Source: an uncultured Eubacteriales bacterium (GTDB taxonomy: Bacteria > Bacillota > Clostridia > Oscillospirales > Acutalibacteraceae). Taken from it: a stretch of DNA of 64,000 nt. Shown piece after piece: positions 21,478 through 30,925 of the stretch. A program made the translations under genes and the position numbers. Under the pieces are notes generated by a model. That model was not told the DNA's origin and did not search any database. It saw only the letters and a program-made list of their open reading frames with translations. The stretch spans positions 96,195 through 160,194 of the forward strand of contig ONCP01000004.1 in assembly GCA_900316385.1 (NCBI GenBank). The letters are read 5' to 3'. Position 1 is the first letter of the stretch; every line of letters begins with the position of its first letter.

Positions 21478-22753
21478 AAAGATCATCTCCTTTTATTACG
21501 ACCTGATCATACAATTCGATCGTAGTTCCGTTAAACAGCGTTTTGTTTTCGGTGCTTGGATCACAAAGCACAAAGTCGCTTCCCGAATAAGATATGTCGA
21601 TCTGCTTGAAGCGAAGCTCCGAGCCGTGAAGCACGTAAACACCCTGAACGCGTTTTCTTTCGGTTATCTTTTTACCTGTTTTTTTATTCTTTACGGTACG
21701 CTCAACGTAATCCTCGTGAATAGCTCTTTTAGGCACCTTGAGGCCCTCGTAGTTTACGGTGGTGATCTCAACCTTTTCGTGACGCGCGTTAGCAAGATAA
21801 TTGCTCATATAATCGCAGCGGAGAACAAGCACGCCGTCGTCCTGTCTGGATTTCTGATTGATCGAATAGATCGATACGGGTATCTTCTCGGTGGTTACGG
21901 ACGGCATACGAACATACACGGTAACTCCGAGATTCTGGAGCTTTGCTAGAGAAACGGTATCGTCCGCTTTGACCTTACAGGCTATATACCAGTCGGGATC
22001 AACAACGATCTTTCCTACTACGCTGTCCGAAACCTTCGATTTTTTCGCCTTGTTCAGATCGTCGAGCGTGAGCTTCTTAACGTTATCATAATCAAAGGTT
22101 TTTTCGTAGCCGTCGGGATGAGAAACAAAGTATCCCGCGTCGTCGGAGGTAAGTGTTCCCGAGCTCTCCGAGCACTGCGACTCAAGGTCGGTTTTGGTTT
22201 TCTTGAGCTGGGTGATTTTATCCGAGAAATCCTTGACGTTGCCCGTGATCATCTGGCGTTCGCAGATCGAAAGCAGAAGATTATGATTACACGCCTTAGC
22301 GTCGGAATAGTTGCCGCGATTCACATCTCCCAGAATCTGGAACAGATTGGTTTCGATCTGAGAATTGACTGTTTCCAAGCTGACGCTGTCCTTATAATAG
22401 GTTTCGCTGAGCATTCTCAGACTGCTGATCTGGGAGTCGATGTTTTTGATCTGCTGTCTTAAAACCGCGTCGTTCTCATTATTGTAGATATCGGCGATCG
22501 GCTGACCGACGCTGATGTTTTCGCCGTCGTTTACGTTGAAGCTGAGAACTCCCGAGCCTGTATCGTTGATATAATTCTCTTTTCGAATTATATAGCCCTC
22601 GGTGTTGATAACGTCGGAGACTACGTTGTAGACCGCGTCCTCAATGTCAACAGCCTTGGTAATGTTTGAGCTAACAAGCAGATAAGCTATATATGAAATT
22701 ATCAGAACCGATAAAATAGCGATTATAATTCTTTTAAACAATAATTTATCCAT
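21455..22753 (-). CDS. Membrane-anchored HlyD/periplasmic-adaptor-like protein of unknown function
   Basis: N-terminal TM helix, barrel-sandwich-like segment (SGVLSFNVNDGENI), coiled coil, beta-rich C-terminus. Confidence 0.65.
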   Translation of the reverse strand: MDKLLFKRIIIAILSVLIISYIAYLLVSSNITKAVDIEDAVYNVVSDVINTEGYIIRKENYINDTGSGVLSFNVNDGENISVGQPIADIYNNENDAVLRQQIKNIDSQISSLRMLSETYYKDSVSLETVNSQIETNLFQILGDVNRGNYSDAKACNHNLLLSICERQMITGNVKDFSDKITQLKKTKTDLESQCSESSGTLTSDDAGYFVSHPDGYEKTFDYDNVKKLTLDDLNKAKKSKVSDSVVGKIVVDPDWYIACKVKADDTVSLAKLQNLGVTVYVRMPSVTTEKIPVSIYSINQKSRQDDGVLVLRCDYMSNYLANARHEKVEITTVNYEGLKVPKRAIHEDYVERTVKNKKTGKKITERKRVQGVYVLHGSELRFKQIDISYSGSDFVLCDPSTENKTLFNGTTIELYDQVVIKGDDLYDGKIIR

Positions 22754-23687
22754 ATAAAAATCCTCTGATTTTACTGTCTATACTGTTTAACTGGTCATCG
22801 GCGGTTTTTAGCTCGTCGATGTTAAGCCAAATAATGTTTTCGTTTCTTTTGAACCATGTAAGCTGCCGTTTGGCGTAGTGTCTCGTTTCTATTTTAAGCC
22901 TTTCGATACATTCGTCAAGGCTCTTTTCCCCGTCAAAGTACGGTTTGAGCTGGCGGTAGCCTATCGCTCCCCGAGCTGTATCGCTCAGTCCGCGCGAAAG
23001 TATCCCGCGAGCTTCGTCAATAAGACCTTCTTTAAGCATTAAGTCGACGCGATGATTGATCCTGTCATAAAGATACTGCCTGTTATCGGCGGTAAGTCCG
23101 AAGCACAGGGGTTCAAACTCGCTTTCTCTGAGTCTGCTGTTTTTGTTTTGTTCAGTGATCGTTATCCCGGTGGTTTTGTATATCTCAATCGCTCTGGCGA
23201 CGCGTTTCGGATTTTTCTCCGAGGACAGTCTCTGAGCCGATTCGGGATCGAACTCCCTGAGGATATCGAGAAGATAATCAACGCCTTTTTCTTCGCAAAG
23301 CGATTTCAGCTCGTTTCTGAGAGCGTTGTCAACGCTGTCGTCCACAAAATCGATCCCGTTAAGCAGAGAATCAACGTACAGTCCCGTTCCGCCGCAGATA
23401 ATCGGCAGCTTGCCCTCGGAAAGGATTTCTCTGACAGCTTGTTTTGCGTCGGAGACATACTGACCGACAGAATAAGCCTCGCTCGGTTCGAGAAAATCGA
23501 TCAGATAATGCCTGATGTTTTTCATTTCCTCCCGAGTCGGCTTAGCCGTAGCGATTTGCATATGCTTGTAAATCTGCATACTGTCGGCAGAGATAACGCT
23601 TCCGTTAAAGCGTTCCGCGATTTTCACGGCCAGTGAGGTTTTGCCCGAAGCGGTAGGCCCGATAACAGCTATTATCTTTGTCTTCAT
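22746..23687 (-). CDS. miaA: tRNA dimethylallyltransferase
   Basis: GPTASGKT, DSMQIY, GGTGLY, YAKRQLTW. Confidence 0.96.
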   Translation of the reverse strand: MKTKIIAVIGPTASGKTSLAVKIAERFNGSVISADSMQIYKHMQIATAKPTREEMKNIRHYLIDFLEPSEAYSVGQYVSDAKQAVREILSEGKLPIICGGTGLYVDSLLNGIDFVDDSVDNALRNELKSLCEEKGVDYLLDILREFDPESAQRLSSEKNPKRVARAIEIYKTTGITITEQNKNSRLRESEFEPLCFGLTADNRQYLYDRINHRVDLMLKEGLIDEARGILSRGLSDTARGAIGYRQLKPYFDGEKSLDECIERLKIETRHYAKRQLTWFKRNENIIWLNIDELKTADDQLNSIDSKIRGFLYG

Positions 23688-25657
23688 TGGATTCTCCCAA
23701 ACTGTTTTTCAAGCTCGTAGCGGCTCATTACAACACATACGGGTCTGCCGTGGGGACAATAGCGAAGCGTCGGATCGTCATCCAGCTTGTTGGCGATATC
23801 CATAAGCTCCTCTTTTGTACTGATATTGCCGCCCTTGATCGCGCTTCGGCAAGCGATGTTATGATAGATCCAATCCATTTTTTCACTGCGGATATCTGTT
23901 TTGTTACGGGCGATATAGCCTGCCATTTCAATTACAGAGCTTTCGATATCGTTCAGATCGAGATACTGCGGAGCGCTCCTGACGATCAAGGTTCCGTTGC
24001 CGAAATCCTCAACATCGAACGCGCATTCCCTGAACATATCAAGATTGGAGATAGCGGCTTCATAATCGTTCTTACTTAGCACGACCGTAACGGGACGGAG
24101 AAGAAGCTGTGAAAATCCTGCGCCCTTTTCCTTCTTGAGCTTTTCGTAGATCATGCGCTCGTGAGCCGCGTGCTTGTCGATAATAATGATCTCTTTATCG
24201 TTTTTCTCAACAATAATATATGTATTGAACGCCTCGCCCACGAGAATGAGCTTGTTTTTCGGCCGCTCAAACAGCGGCTTCGGCTCAATGATTTCATCTT
24301 TTTCTTCTATTTCTTCTATTTCTTCTTTTTCAGGCGCAATGTCGGCGAGCAGCTTTTCTTCTGTTTTCTTTTCAACGATCCTGTTTATGTTCTGCTCGCG
24401 CTTGATCGCTTCCTTAGAGTAGATTTCGAAGGGATCGGGAGTTTCGCTGTGTACAGCGACGTCCAGCACGGATTCCTGCTGATCGATAATACCCAAGTCA
24501 AGCTCGGCTATCGGATCGATCGGCTTTTTGACTTGTTCGGCGACGGGAGCCTGCGGCTCGGGCTTTTTTTCAAATACCGACGGAGCGGCTACAAAGGGCT
24601 TAGGCTTCCGTATTGCATAAATCGCGTCGTTTCTGACCTTTCCGTCAAAGGTGATTTCCTTACGTTCATCGTTCTTGTTAAGGCTTGATTTAACGGCATG
24701 ATAGACCGCGTCAAAAATCGGTCGTTCGTTGATGAAGCGCACTTCTATTTTTGCGGGGTGAACGTTAACGTCGATCGCCTCGTACGGAAGCTTTATATGA
24801 AGCACGCAGGCGGCGTATTTGCCGACCATAACACTGCCCTTGCACGCCTCCTCAACAGCCGCCGAGGCAGTGCCCGAGCGGACGTATCTGCCGTTGATAA
24901 AGAAGTTCTGCATACTTCTGTTTGGACGCGCATTGACAGGCTTAGAGATATATCCTCTGATTTTTATTCCGTTAAGCTCGTAGCTTACCGGAATCATACC
25001 GTTCGCTAAATCTCTGCCGTACACGGAGTAGATCGCGGATTTGATCTTGTTATCTCCCGAGGTTGTCAGCACGCGTCTGCCGTCTCGGATAAATGTGAAG
25101 GCGATCTCGGGGTGAGAAAGCGCGATCTTGTCAATAACATTCGCGACGGCGTTGCCCTCGGCTCTGTCCTTTTTCAAAAACTTCATTCTCGCGGGGATAT
25201 TGTAGAACAAATCTCTAACGATTATCGTTGTTCCGACAGGACAGCCCGCGTCGCTGAACGAAACCTCTTCCCCTCCGTTGATCTCATAATCGGTTCCTAT
25301 CTCCTCACTTTTATGCCTTGTTAAAAGCTGGAGCCTTGAAACAGACGAGATCGACGACAACGCCTCTCCTCTGAAACCCAGAGTGGAAATGCTGTCAAGG
25401 TCATCCTCGAGCCTGATCTTGCTGGTGGCGTGCGGAAGAAACGCGAGCTTTACATCCTCGCGCATAATGCCGCAGCCGTTGTCGGTTACTCTCATATAGG
25501 TGATACCGCCGTTCTGGATCTCGACGGTAATATTGTCCGCGCCTGCGTCGATGGAGTTTTCTATAAGTTCCTTGATAGCGGACGCGGGACGCTCTACGAC
25601 CTCGCCCGCCGCGATAAGCTCGGCGACGTGCTTGTCAAGAACGTTGATAACACCCAT
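23684..25657 (-). CDS. mutL: DNA mismatch repair endonuclease MutL
   Basis: GHKL ATPase (GFRGEALSSI), DKHAAHER, CPHGRP. Confidence 0.97.
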   Translation of the reverse strand: MGVINVLDKHVAELIAAGEVVERPASAIKELIENSIDAGADNITVEIQNGGITYMRVTDNGCGIMREDVKLAFLPHATSKIRLEDDLDSISTLGFRGEALSSISSVSRLQLLTRHKSEEIGTDYEINGGEEVSFSDAGCPVGTTIIVRDLFYNIPARMKFLKKDRAEGNAVANVIDKIALSHPEIAFTFIRDGRRVLTTSGDNKIKSAIYSVYGRDLANGMIPVSYELNGIKIRGYISKPVNARPNRSMQNFFINGRYVRSGTASAAVEEACKGSVMVGKYAACVLHIKLPYEAIDVNVHPAKIEVRFINERPIFDAVYHAVKSSLNKNDERKEITFDGKVRNDAIYAIRKPKPFVAAPSVFEKKPEPQAPVAEQVKKPIDPIAELDLGIIDQQESVLDVAVHSETPDPFEIYSKEAIKREQNINRIVEKKTEEKLLADIAPEKEEIEEIEEKDEIIEPKPLFERPKNKLILVGEAFNTYIIVEKNDKEIIIIDKHAAHERMIYEKLKKEKGAGFSQLLLRPVTVVLSKNDYEAAISNLDMFRECAFDVEDFGNGTLIVRSAPQYLDLNDIESSVIEMAGYIARNKTDIRSEKMDWIYHNIACRSAIKGGNISTKEELMDIANKLDDDPTLRYCPHGRPVCVVMSRYELEKQFGRIQ

Positions 25658-25669
25658 TGATTTCACCTC

Positions 25670-28264
25670 CTATATCATATTCTTCAATTCATAGAGTAAA
25701 TTCATCGCCTCGATAGGCGTTAACGTGTTTATATCCACGCTTTCAAGTCTTTGCGCTAACGCGTTATTTGATGACGGCAAAAGACTGAGCTGTTCGGATT
25801 CGTCCTCTCTCGGCTTGAGTACAGGCTGAATAGAGCTGTTGCCGCTCTCAAGATCCTTGAGTATCTTCTTTGCCCTTTCAATGATCGCGTTGGGAAGTCC
25901 CGCGAGCTTAGCGACTTCTATTCCATAGCTGTCGTCGGCTCCGCCCGGAACTATGCGTCTGAGGAAGGTTATATCGTCGCCGTGCTTTTTAACGGCGATG
26001 TTATAGTTTTTAACGCCCTCGATCGTCTGTTCCATAACTGTAAGCTCGTGATAATGTGTGGCAAAAAGCGTTTTAGCACCGAGCTTCTTTTTGTCTACTA
26101 CATATTCAAGAACCGCTCTGGCAATGCTCATACCGTCAAAGGTCGAGGTGCCGCGACCGATTTCGTCAAGTATCAAAAGCGATTTTTGCGTAGCGTTTGT
26201 AACTATGTGAGCGACCTCGCTCATCTCGACCATAAACGTGGACTGACCCGACGCGAGGTCGTCGCTGGCGCCTACTCGGGTGAAAATGCTGTCCACGATA
26301 CCGATCTCTGCCGATGAAGCGGGAACGAACGAGCCGATCTGAGCCATAAGAACGATCAGCGCTACCTGACGCATATATGTGGATTTACCTGCCATATTCG
26401 GACCCGTGATGATAGCTACGCGGTTTGAGGCGCAGTTGAGATAGACATCATTGGGAACGAACGGCGCGCCGTTAAGCAGCTGTTCAACAACAGGATGACG
26501 GCTGTCCTTGAGGATTATCTTATCGGAAAGATTCACCTCGGGACGGGTGTAACGGTTGTCGGCGGCAACGTTCGCGAGAGAGTTGATAACGTCCAGCTTG
26601 GCGACAGCCGAAGCGGTGTTCTGGATACGTTCCAGATTAGCGGCGACCTGTTTTCTTACAGCGTCAAACAGCGAGTATTCAAGCGAGGTAGCCTTGTCCT
26701 TGGCTCCGAGTATCCTGCCTTCTATCTCCTTGAGATCCTGAGTAATATATCTCTCACAATTAGTGAGCGTTTGTTTGCGTATGTAGGTTTCGGGCACCAT
26801 ATCCTTGTATGAATTGGTGACCTCAATATAATAACCAAAAACGCGGTTATAGCCGACTCTCAGCTTCGGTATCCCCGTTAAGGCTCTCTGTTCCTCCTCT
26901 ATCTTGGAAAGAAGCCCCGTTGAGTCGTTCATATCAGTGCTCACGAGGTCAAGCTCCTCGTTGTAGCCCTTTTTGATTATCCCGCCTTCTTTAACCGAGA
27001 AAGGCGGATCGTCAACGATAGCGTCGTCGATAAGCTTGAAAACATCCTCAAGTGTGTCGAGTTGCTTATAGATCCTGTTCAGTGAGGAGGATTTACAGTT
27101 CATCAGAAGCTCTTTTATCGGAGGAAGCTTCTCGAGAGCGGACGCCAGAGAACGAAGCTCCCTGCCGTTTGCCGAGCCGTAGACGATCCTTGTCATAAGG
27201 CGTTCGATATCAAGAATGCCGACAAGAGCGGCTGTCAGGTCAAGTCTGAGAACAGTATCGTTCACAAGCTCCTCGACGGCGCTCTGACGGTTGATTATCT
27301 TTGTGACGTTCAAAAGAGGCTGTTCTATCCATTTTCTGAGCAGTCTCTTGCCCATTGATGTCTTTGTTTTGTCAAGAACCCAGAGCAGCGAGCCGCGTTT
27401 TTCCTTGTTGAGCATCGTTTTTGTGAGCTCAAGATTGCGGCGGGTGTTGAAGTCGAGCTTCATAAACTGATTATCGGCGAACAGATCAACATGAGAGATT
27501 CGCTCAAGACCTGTTTTCTGGGTATCTCTTAAATATGTGATCAACGCTCCGAGAGCGCAGATCAAAACACGTTTGTTTTCAAGGGTGGAAAATTCCTTTT
27601 TAAAGTGTTCTTTGACGATATTAAGCGATGTGAGATAGGCGAAGCTTTCGTCGGGCAGCATTTCGACAGAGGTGGAGAGCTTGTCTTTGATGAAAGAAGG
27701 CAGCTCTCTGAGAAGAATGATATCTCCGCCGATAAGGATTTCTCTGGGATTGTAGCTTGAAAGCTGAGATTTGAGATCCTCGATATTGTATTCCTCGGAC
27801 TCGGTCGCGTATAATTCTCCTGTGGAAATATCACAGAAACAGACCGCGGTTTCCTTCCCCTCGGAATACAGACACGAAATATAGTTATTGCGGCTCTCGT
27901 CGAGCATACTGTTTTCCATAACTGTGCCGGGGGTAACAACGCGGATGATATCGCGCTTTACGATACCCTTTGCGGTGGAGGGATCCTCCATCTGCTCGCA
28001 GATAGCTACCTTGTAGCCCTTTTTGACGAGCCTCGCGATATAACCCTCACAGCTGTGAAAAGGCACGCCGCACATCGGAGCGCGTTCCTCAAGACCACAG
28101 TCGCGGCCCGTCAGCGTTAGCTCAAGCTCCTTTGAAGCGAGCTTGGCGTCGTCGAAAAACATCTCGTAAAAATCGCCGAGACGGAAGAACAGAATACTAT
28201 CCTTGTTTTCTTCTTTAATTTTAAGGTATTGCTGCATCATCGGGGATAACTTCTGTTCAGCCAT
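25670..28264 (-). CDS. mutS: DNA mismatch repair protein MutS
   Basis: GDFYEMF, GPNMAGKST, DEIGRGT, FATHYHEL. Confidence 0.97.
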   Translation of the reverse strand: MAEQKLSPMMQQYLKIKEENKDSILFFRLGDFYEMFFDDAKLASKELELTLTGRDCGLEERAPMCGVPFHSCEGYIARLVKKGYKVAICEQMEDPSTAKGIVKRDIIRVVTPGTVMENSMLDESRNNYISCLYSEGKETAVCFCDISTGELYATESEEYNIEDLKSQLSSYNPREILIGGDIILLRELPSFIKDKLSTSVEMLPDESFAYLTSLNIVKEHFKKEFSTLENKRVLICALGALITYLRDTQKTGLERISHVDLFADNQFMKLDFNTRRNLELTKTMLNKEKRGSLLWVLDKTKTSMGKRLLRKWIEQPLLNVTKIINRQSAVEELVNDTVLRLDLTAALVGILDIERLMTRIVYGSANGRELRSLASALEKLPPIKELLMNCKSSSLNRIYKQLDTLEDVFKLIDDAIVDDPPFSVKEGGIIKKGYNEELDLVSTDMNDSTGLLSKIEEEQRALTGIPKLRVGYNRVFGYYIEVTNSYKDMVPETYIRKQTLTNCERYITQDLKEIEGRILGAKDKATSLEYSLFDAVRKQVAANLERIQNTASAVAKLDVINSLANVAADNRYTRPEVNLSDKIILKDSRHPVVEQLLNGAPFVPNDVYLNCASNRVAIITGPNMAGKSTYMRQVALIVLMAQIGSFVPASSAEIGIVDSIFTRVGASDDLASGQSTFMVEMSEVAHIVTNATQKSLLILDEIGRGTSTFDGMSIARAVLEYVVDKKKLGAKTLFATHYHELTVMEQTIEGVKNYNIAVKKHGDDITFLRRIVPGGADDSYGIEVAKLAGLPNAIIERAKKILKDLESGNSSIQPVLKPREDESEQLSLLPSSNNALAQRLESVDINTLTPIEAMNLLYELKNMI

Positions 28265-28296
28265 TATCTCACTCCCTTGTTATTATTATCCTTTTA

Positions 28297-28701
28297 TCAG
28301 CCGCAACCGCCGCAGGTGGAACAGCTTCCCGTGCAGGATGCGGTGACGTCGGTGGTTTCGGGGTCGTCGCCCGCGATACAGTTCTGAAGGATCGTGAGTA
28401 CTCTCGAGGTAAGCTGATCAAAGCTCTGCTTAGCCTCGTTGTAGGCGATCATATTTTCATTAGACATAATATCCGCGTAAGCCTTCTGCATTTCGGAATT
28501 ATATTTTTTGAGCTTTTCGGGGTCCTTCTGAACCTTTGCGTTTTCGGTGTTGACCGAAAGTCTTTTTAAGTTGAATTCCTTGATCAAATTCTGGAGAGTT
28601 TCATCGGAATCGGCGCTTTTCTCCGCCTCGTGAAGCTTGATGTAGCTTTCGTCAGCCTGAATGAGCTTTCCGAGCTCTCTTGTCATTTCGATTATATCCA
28701 T
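28297..28701 (-). CDS. YlbF/YmcA (Ric-like) family regulator with Cys-rich tail
   Basis: Helical Com_YlbF-like body, C-terminal CTGSCSTCGGC; miaB-x-mutS synteny. Confidence 0.8.
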   Translation of the reverse strand: MDIIEMTRELGKLIQADESYIKLHEAEKSADSDETLQNLIKEFNLKRLSVNTENAKVQKDPEKLKKYNSEMQKAYADIMSNENMIAYNEAKQSFDQLTSRVLTILQNCIAGDDPETTDVTASCTGSCSTCGGCG

Positions 28702-28717
28702 AATTACCTCCTGAATG

Positions 28718-30130
28718 TTAAATGATTTTACCTTTTAATATCCAATTGCCCGCTTTTGTGACCTCGACGTTCTGAAAGGTGCCGACAAGCTCGGGCGAGC
28801 CCTCAGCCTCAACGATTATATTTCCCGAGGTCCTTGCGTTTAGTATATTGTTTTTACCTTTTTCACCCTCTATAAGCACTCTCTGAGTGGTTCCGACCAT
28901 CGAGGCGCAACGCTTTGAGGCGATCTCCTCCTGAACGTCGAGCAGCTCCTGAAACCACTTGAGCTTTACTTCGGCAGAGATCGGGTCAGGCATAGACGCG
29001 GCAGGAGTACCGACTCTGGGAGAATATATGAAGGTGAAAAGCGAAGTGAAGCCTACCTCTCGGATAAGAGAAAGCGTTTCCTTGAAATCCTCGTAGGTCT
29101 CGCCCGGAAAACCGACGATAACATCGCTTGTAAGGCTCACATCGGGGATTTTGCTTTTGGCGTAGTTGACGATATCCAGATATTTTTCCCTGTCGTAGTG
29201 ACGGTTCATAGCCTTTAAAATTCGGCTTGAACCGGACTGGAAAGGAAGGTGAAGATGCTTGCTGATGTGCTTAGACTGAGCGATAGTATCGATCAGCTCG
29301 CGGGTGCAATCCTTCGGATGTGAGGTCATAAACCTCAGCCAGTAATCACCCTCGATATCGTCTATCTCCCTGATAAGCTTCGCGAAGCTCACGCCGTTTT
29401 TAAGGTTCTTGCCGTAGGAATTGACATTCTGACCGAGCAGTGTGATATCCTTGTAGCCCGAATCGATCATTTCACGCGCTTCCGAGAGAATAATATCCTT
29501 CTCACGGCTTCTTTCCCTGCCTCTTACATAAGGAACTATGCAATAGGTGCAGAAATTATCGCACCCGTACATGATCGGCAGCCAGCCCTTAACGGAGCCG
29601 TCGCGCTTGATCGGCACGCCCTCGTGAACAAGGCTGTCGTCGTTATCCCTGAGATATACACGCTTTCCCGTTGTTATCGAGCGGTAAAGCAACTCGGGGA
29701 ACTGATGAAGCGCGTGCGTACCGAAAACAAGCCCTACATAAGGAAAGCTTTTGTATATCCTCTCGGCGATGTGCTTCTGTTCCATCATACATCCGCAAAG
29801 CGCGATAAGCGTTCTCGGGTGCTTAGCCTTGAGGTTCTTCAGCGCGCCCACGTTGCCGAAGATCCTGTCCTCGGCGTGTTCTCTGACGGCGCAGGTGTTA
29901 AAGAGAATAAAGTCCGCATTGTCGGGCTTATCCTCAAAAACGAACCCCGCCTCGCTCAGCATTCCTTTGATCCTCTCGCCGTCGGCGACATTCTGCTGGC
30001 ATCCGTAGGTTCTGATGAAAGCGACGGGCTTTTCGCCCCGCTTGCGGCTTTCCATAACCTCATATATTAAATTCAGATACTCTCTTTGACTTTCGTCAAA
30101 ATCATTCAGGGTGCCGAATTTCTCTGTCAA
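28718..30130 (-). CDS. miaB: tRNA-i6A37 methylthiotransferase
   Basis: TYGCQQN, NTCAVRE, CDNFCTYC radical SAM motif, TRAM domain; TTG start. Confidence 0.95.
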   Translation of the reverse strand: MTEKFGTLNDFDESQREYLNLIYEVMESRKRGEKPVAFIRTYGCQQNVADGERIKGMLSEAGFVFEDKPDNADFILFNTCAVREHAEDRIFGNVGALKNLKAKHPRTLIALCGCMMEQKHIAERIYKSFPYVGLVFGTHALHQFPELLYRSITTGKRVYLRDNDDSLVHEGVPIKRDGSVKGWLPIMYGCDNFCTYCIVPYVRGRERSREKDIILSEAREMIDSGYKDITLLGQNVNSYGKNLKNGVSFAKLIREIDDIEGDYWLRFMTSHPKDCTRELIDTIAQSKHISKHLHLPFQSGSSRILKAMNRHYDREKYLDIVNYAKSKIPDVSLTSDVIVGFPGETYEDFKETLSLIREVGFTSLFTFIYSPRVGTPAASMPDPISAEVKLKWFQELLDVQEEIASKRCASMVGTTQRVLIEGEKGKNNILNARTSGNIIVEAEGSPELVGTFQNVEVTKAGNWILKGKII

Positions 30131-30166
30131 CGGATATTACTCCTTTTACTAATCATTATCCATAGA

Positions 30167-30195
30167 ATTATAGCATAAATGAGAATGCATTACAA
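30167..30195 (-). promoter_or_regulatory. Sigma-A promoter for the miaB operon
   Basis: TTGTAA-N17-TATAAT with extended TGn. Confidence 0.7.
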
Positions 30196-30239
30196 TAGAC
30201 AATCTGCTAAAATTTCCTATATTTTGTGTCATTTTGGAT

Positions 30240-30896
30240 TTATCTAACAATATCTGCGTATGTTGACGGGATATTTCCGACTATAACTGTCTGTGCTATT
30301 TCGTAATCGGTGGAAAAAGAGCACTGCTCCTTGTATTCGGGGCTGATGGTTATAATATCGGTATTCACGATAAGGTAGATATGATGTATCGTTTGATTTA
30401 CTCCTCCGCTTTCAAATTTGCTTTTTATCTTGCAGTTGACGGAGCCTGTAAGATAAAAGCTTATCTCGGTCTGAGGGCCGAGTGTGGAAAGCAGTGTGAT
30501 ATCCGTAAATGCTCCGAGAGGTAAAGAGAATTTATAAAGTTTTTGTTTGTCAAGCTCATTTTGTATCTTACGGGTCACAAGCGACTTGAATTTGTTGATC
30601 TTCACCGTGTCGGCGCTTATGGAGCGCACTTCCCCGCTGTCGGAGTATTTGATATCTGCCAGATCGTCATAGGATAAGTCAAGCTGCGACTGAACCTCGT
30701 CTACGATCTGTGAAATGATTTTTGTTGAGATCGTTTTTGACTGTTTTTTTACGCATTTCGCTGTGAACGGTATCGCCTGCGCCTCAAAAAGTATCACGCA
30801 AAGAGCGGCCGCGCAGAAAAACACAAACAAGGCTTTTTTAAGACGTCTGTGCTTTTGGTTCTTGGTTTTACAAAGCAAAAAAACACCCCTCGTCAT
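30240..30896 (-). CDS. yunB: Sporulation protein YunB (start uncertain, possibly TTG near 30878)
   Basis: Basic N-terminus plus TM helix, LPLGAFT..GP, FESGGVNQTIH, VIVGNIP. Confidence 0.88.
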   Translation of the reverse strand: MTRGVFLLCKTKNQKHRRLKKALFVFFCAAALCVILFEAQAIPFTAKCVKKQSKTISTKIISQIVDEVQSQLDLSYDDLADIKYSDSGEVRSISADTVKINKFKSLVTRKIQNELDKQKLYKFSLPLGAFTDITLLSTLGPQTEISFYLTGSVNCKIKSKFESGGVNQTIHHIYLIVNTDIITISPEYKEQCSFSTDYEIAQTVIVGNIPSTYADIVR

Positions 30897-30913
30897 TCTA
30901 TACGAGAGGTGTT
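30877..30913 (-). terminator. Intrinsic terminator after the efp operon, overlapping the yunB start
   Basis: acacctctcgt-atagaatg-acgaggggtgt followed by a T-run on the minus strand. Confidence 0.7.
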
Positions 30914-30925
30914 GATACTGTTACA

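Noticed and set aside
24295-24335. Short ttcttctat tandem repeats in mutL
   Set aside because: Encode an ordinary acidic low-complexity linker (EEIEEIEEK); the frame is intact.
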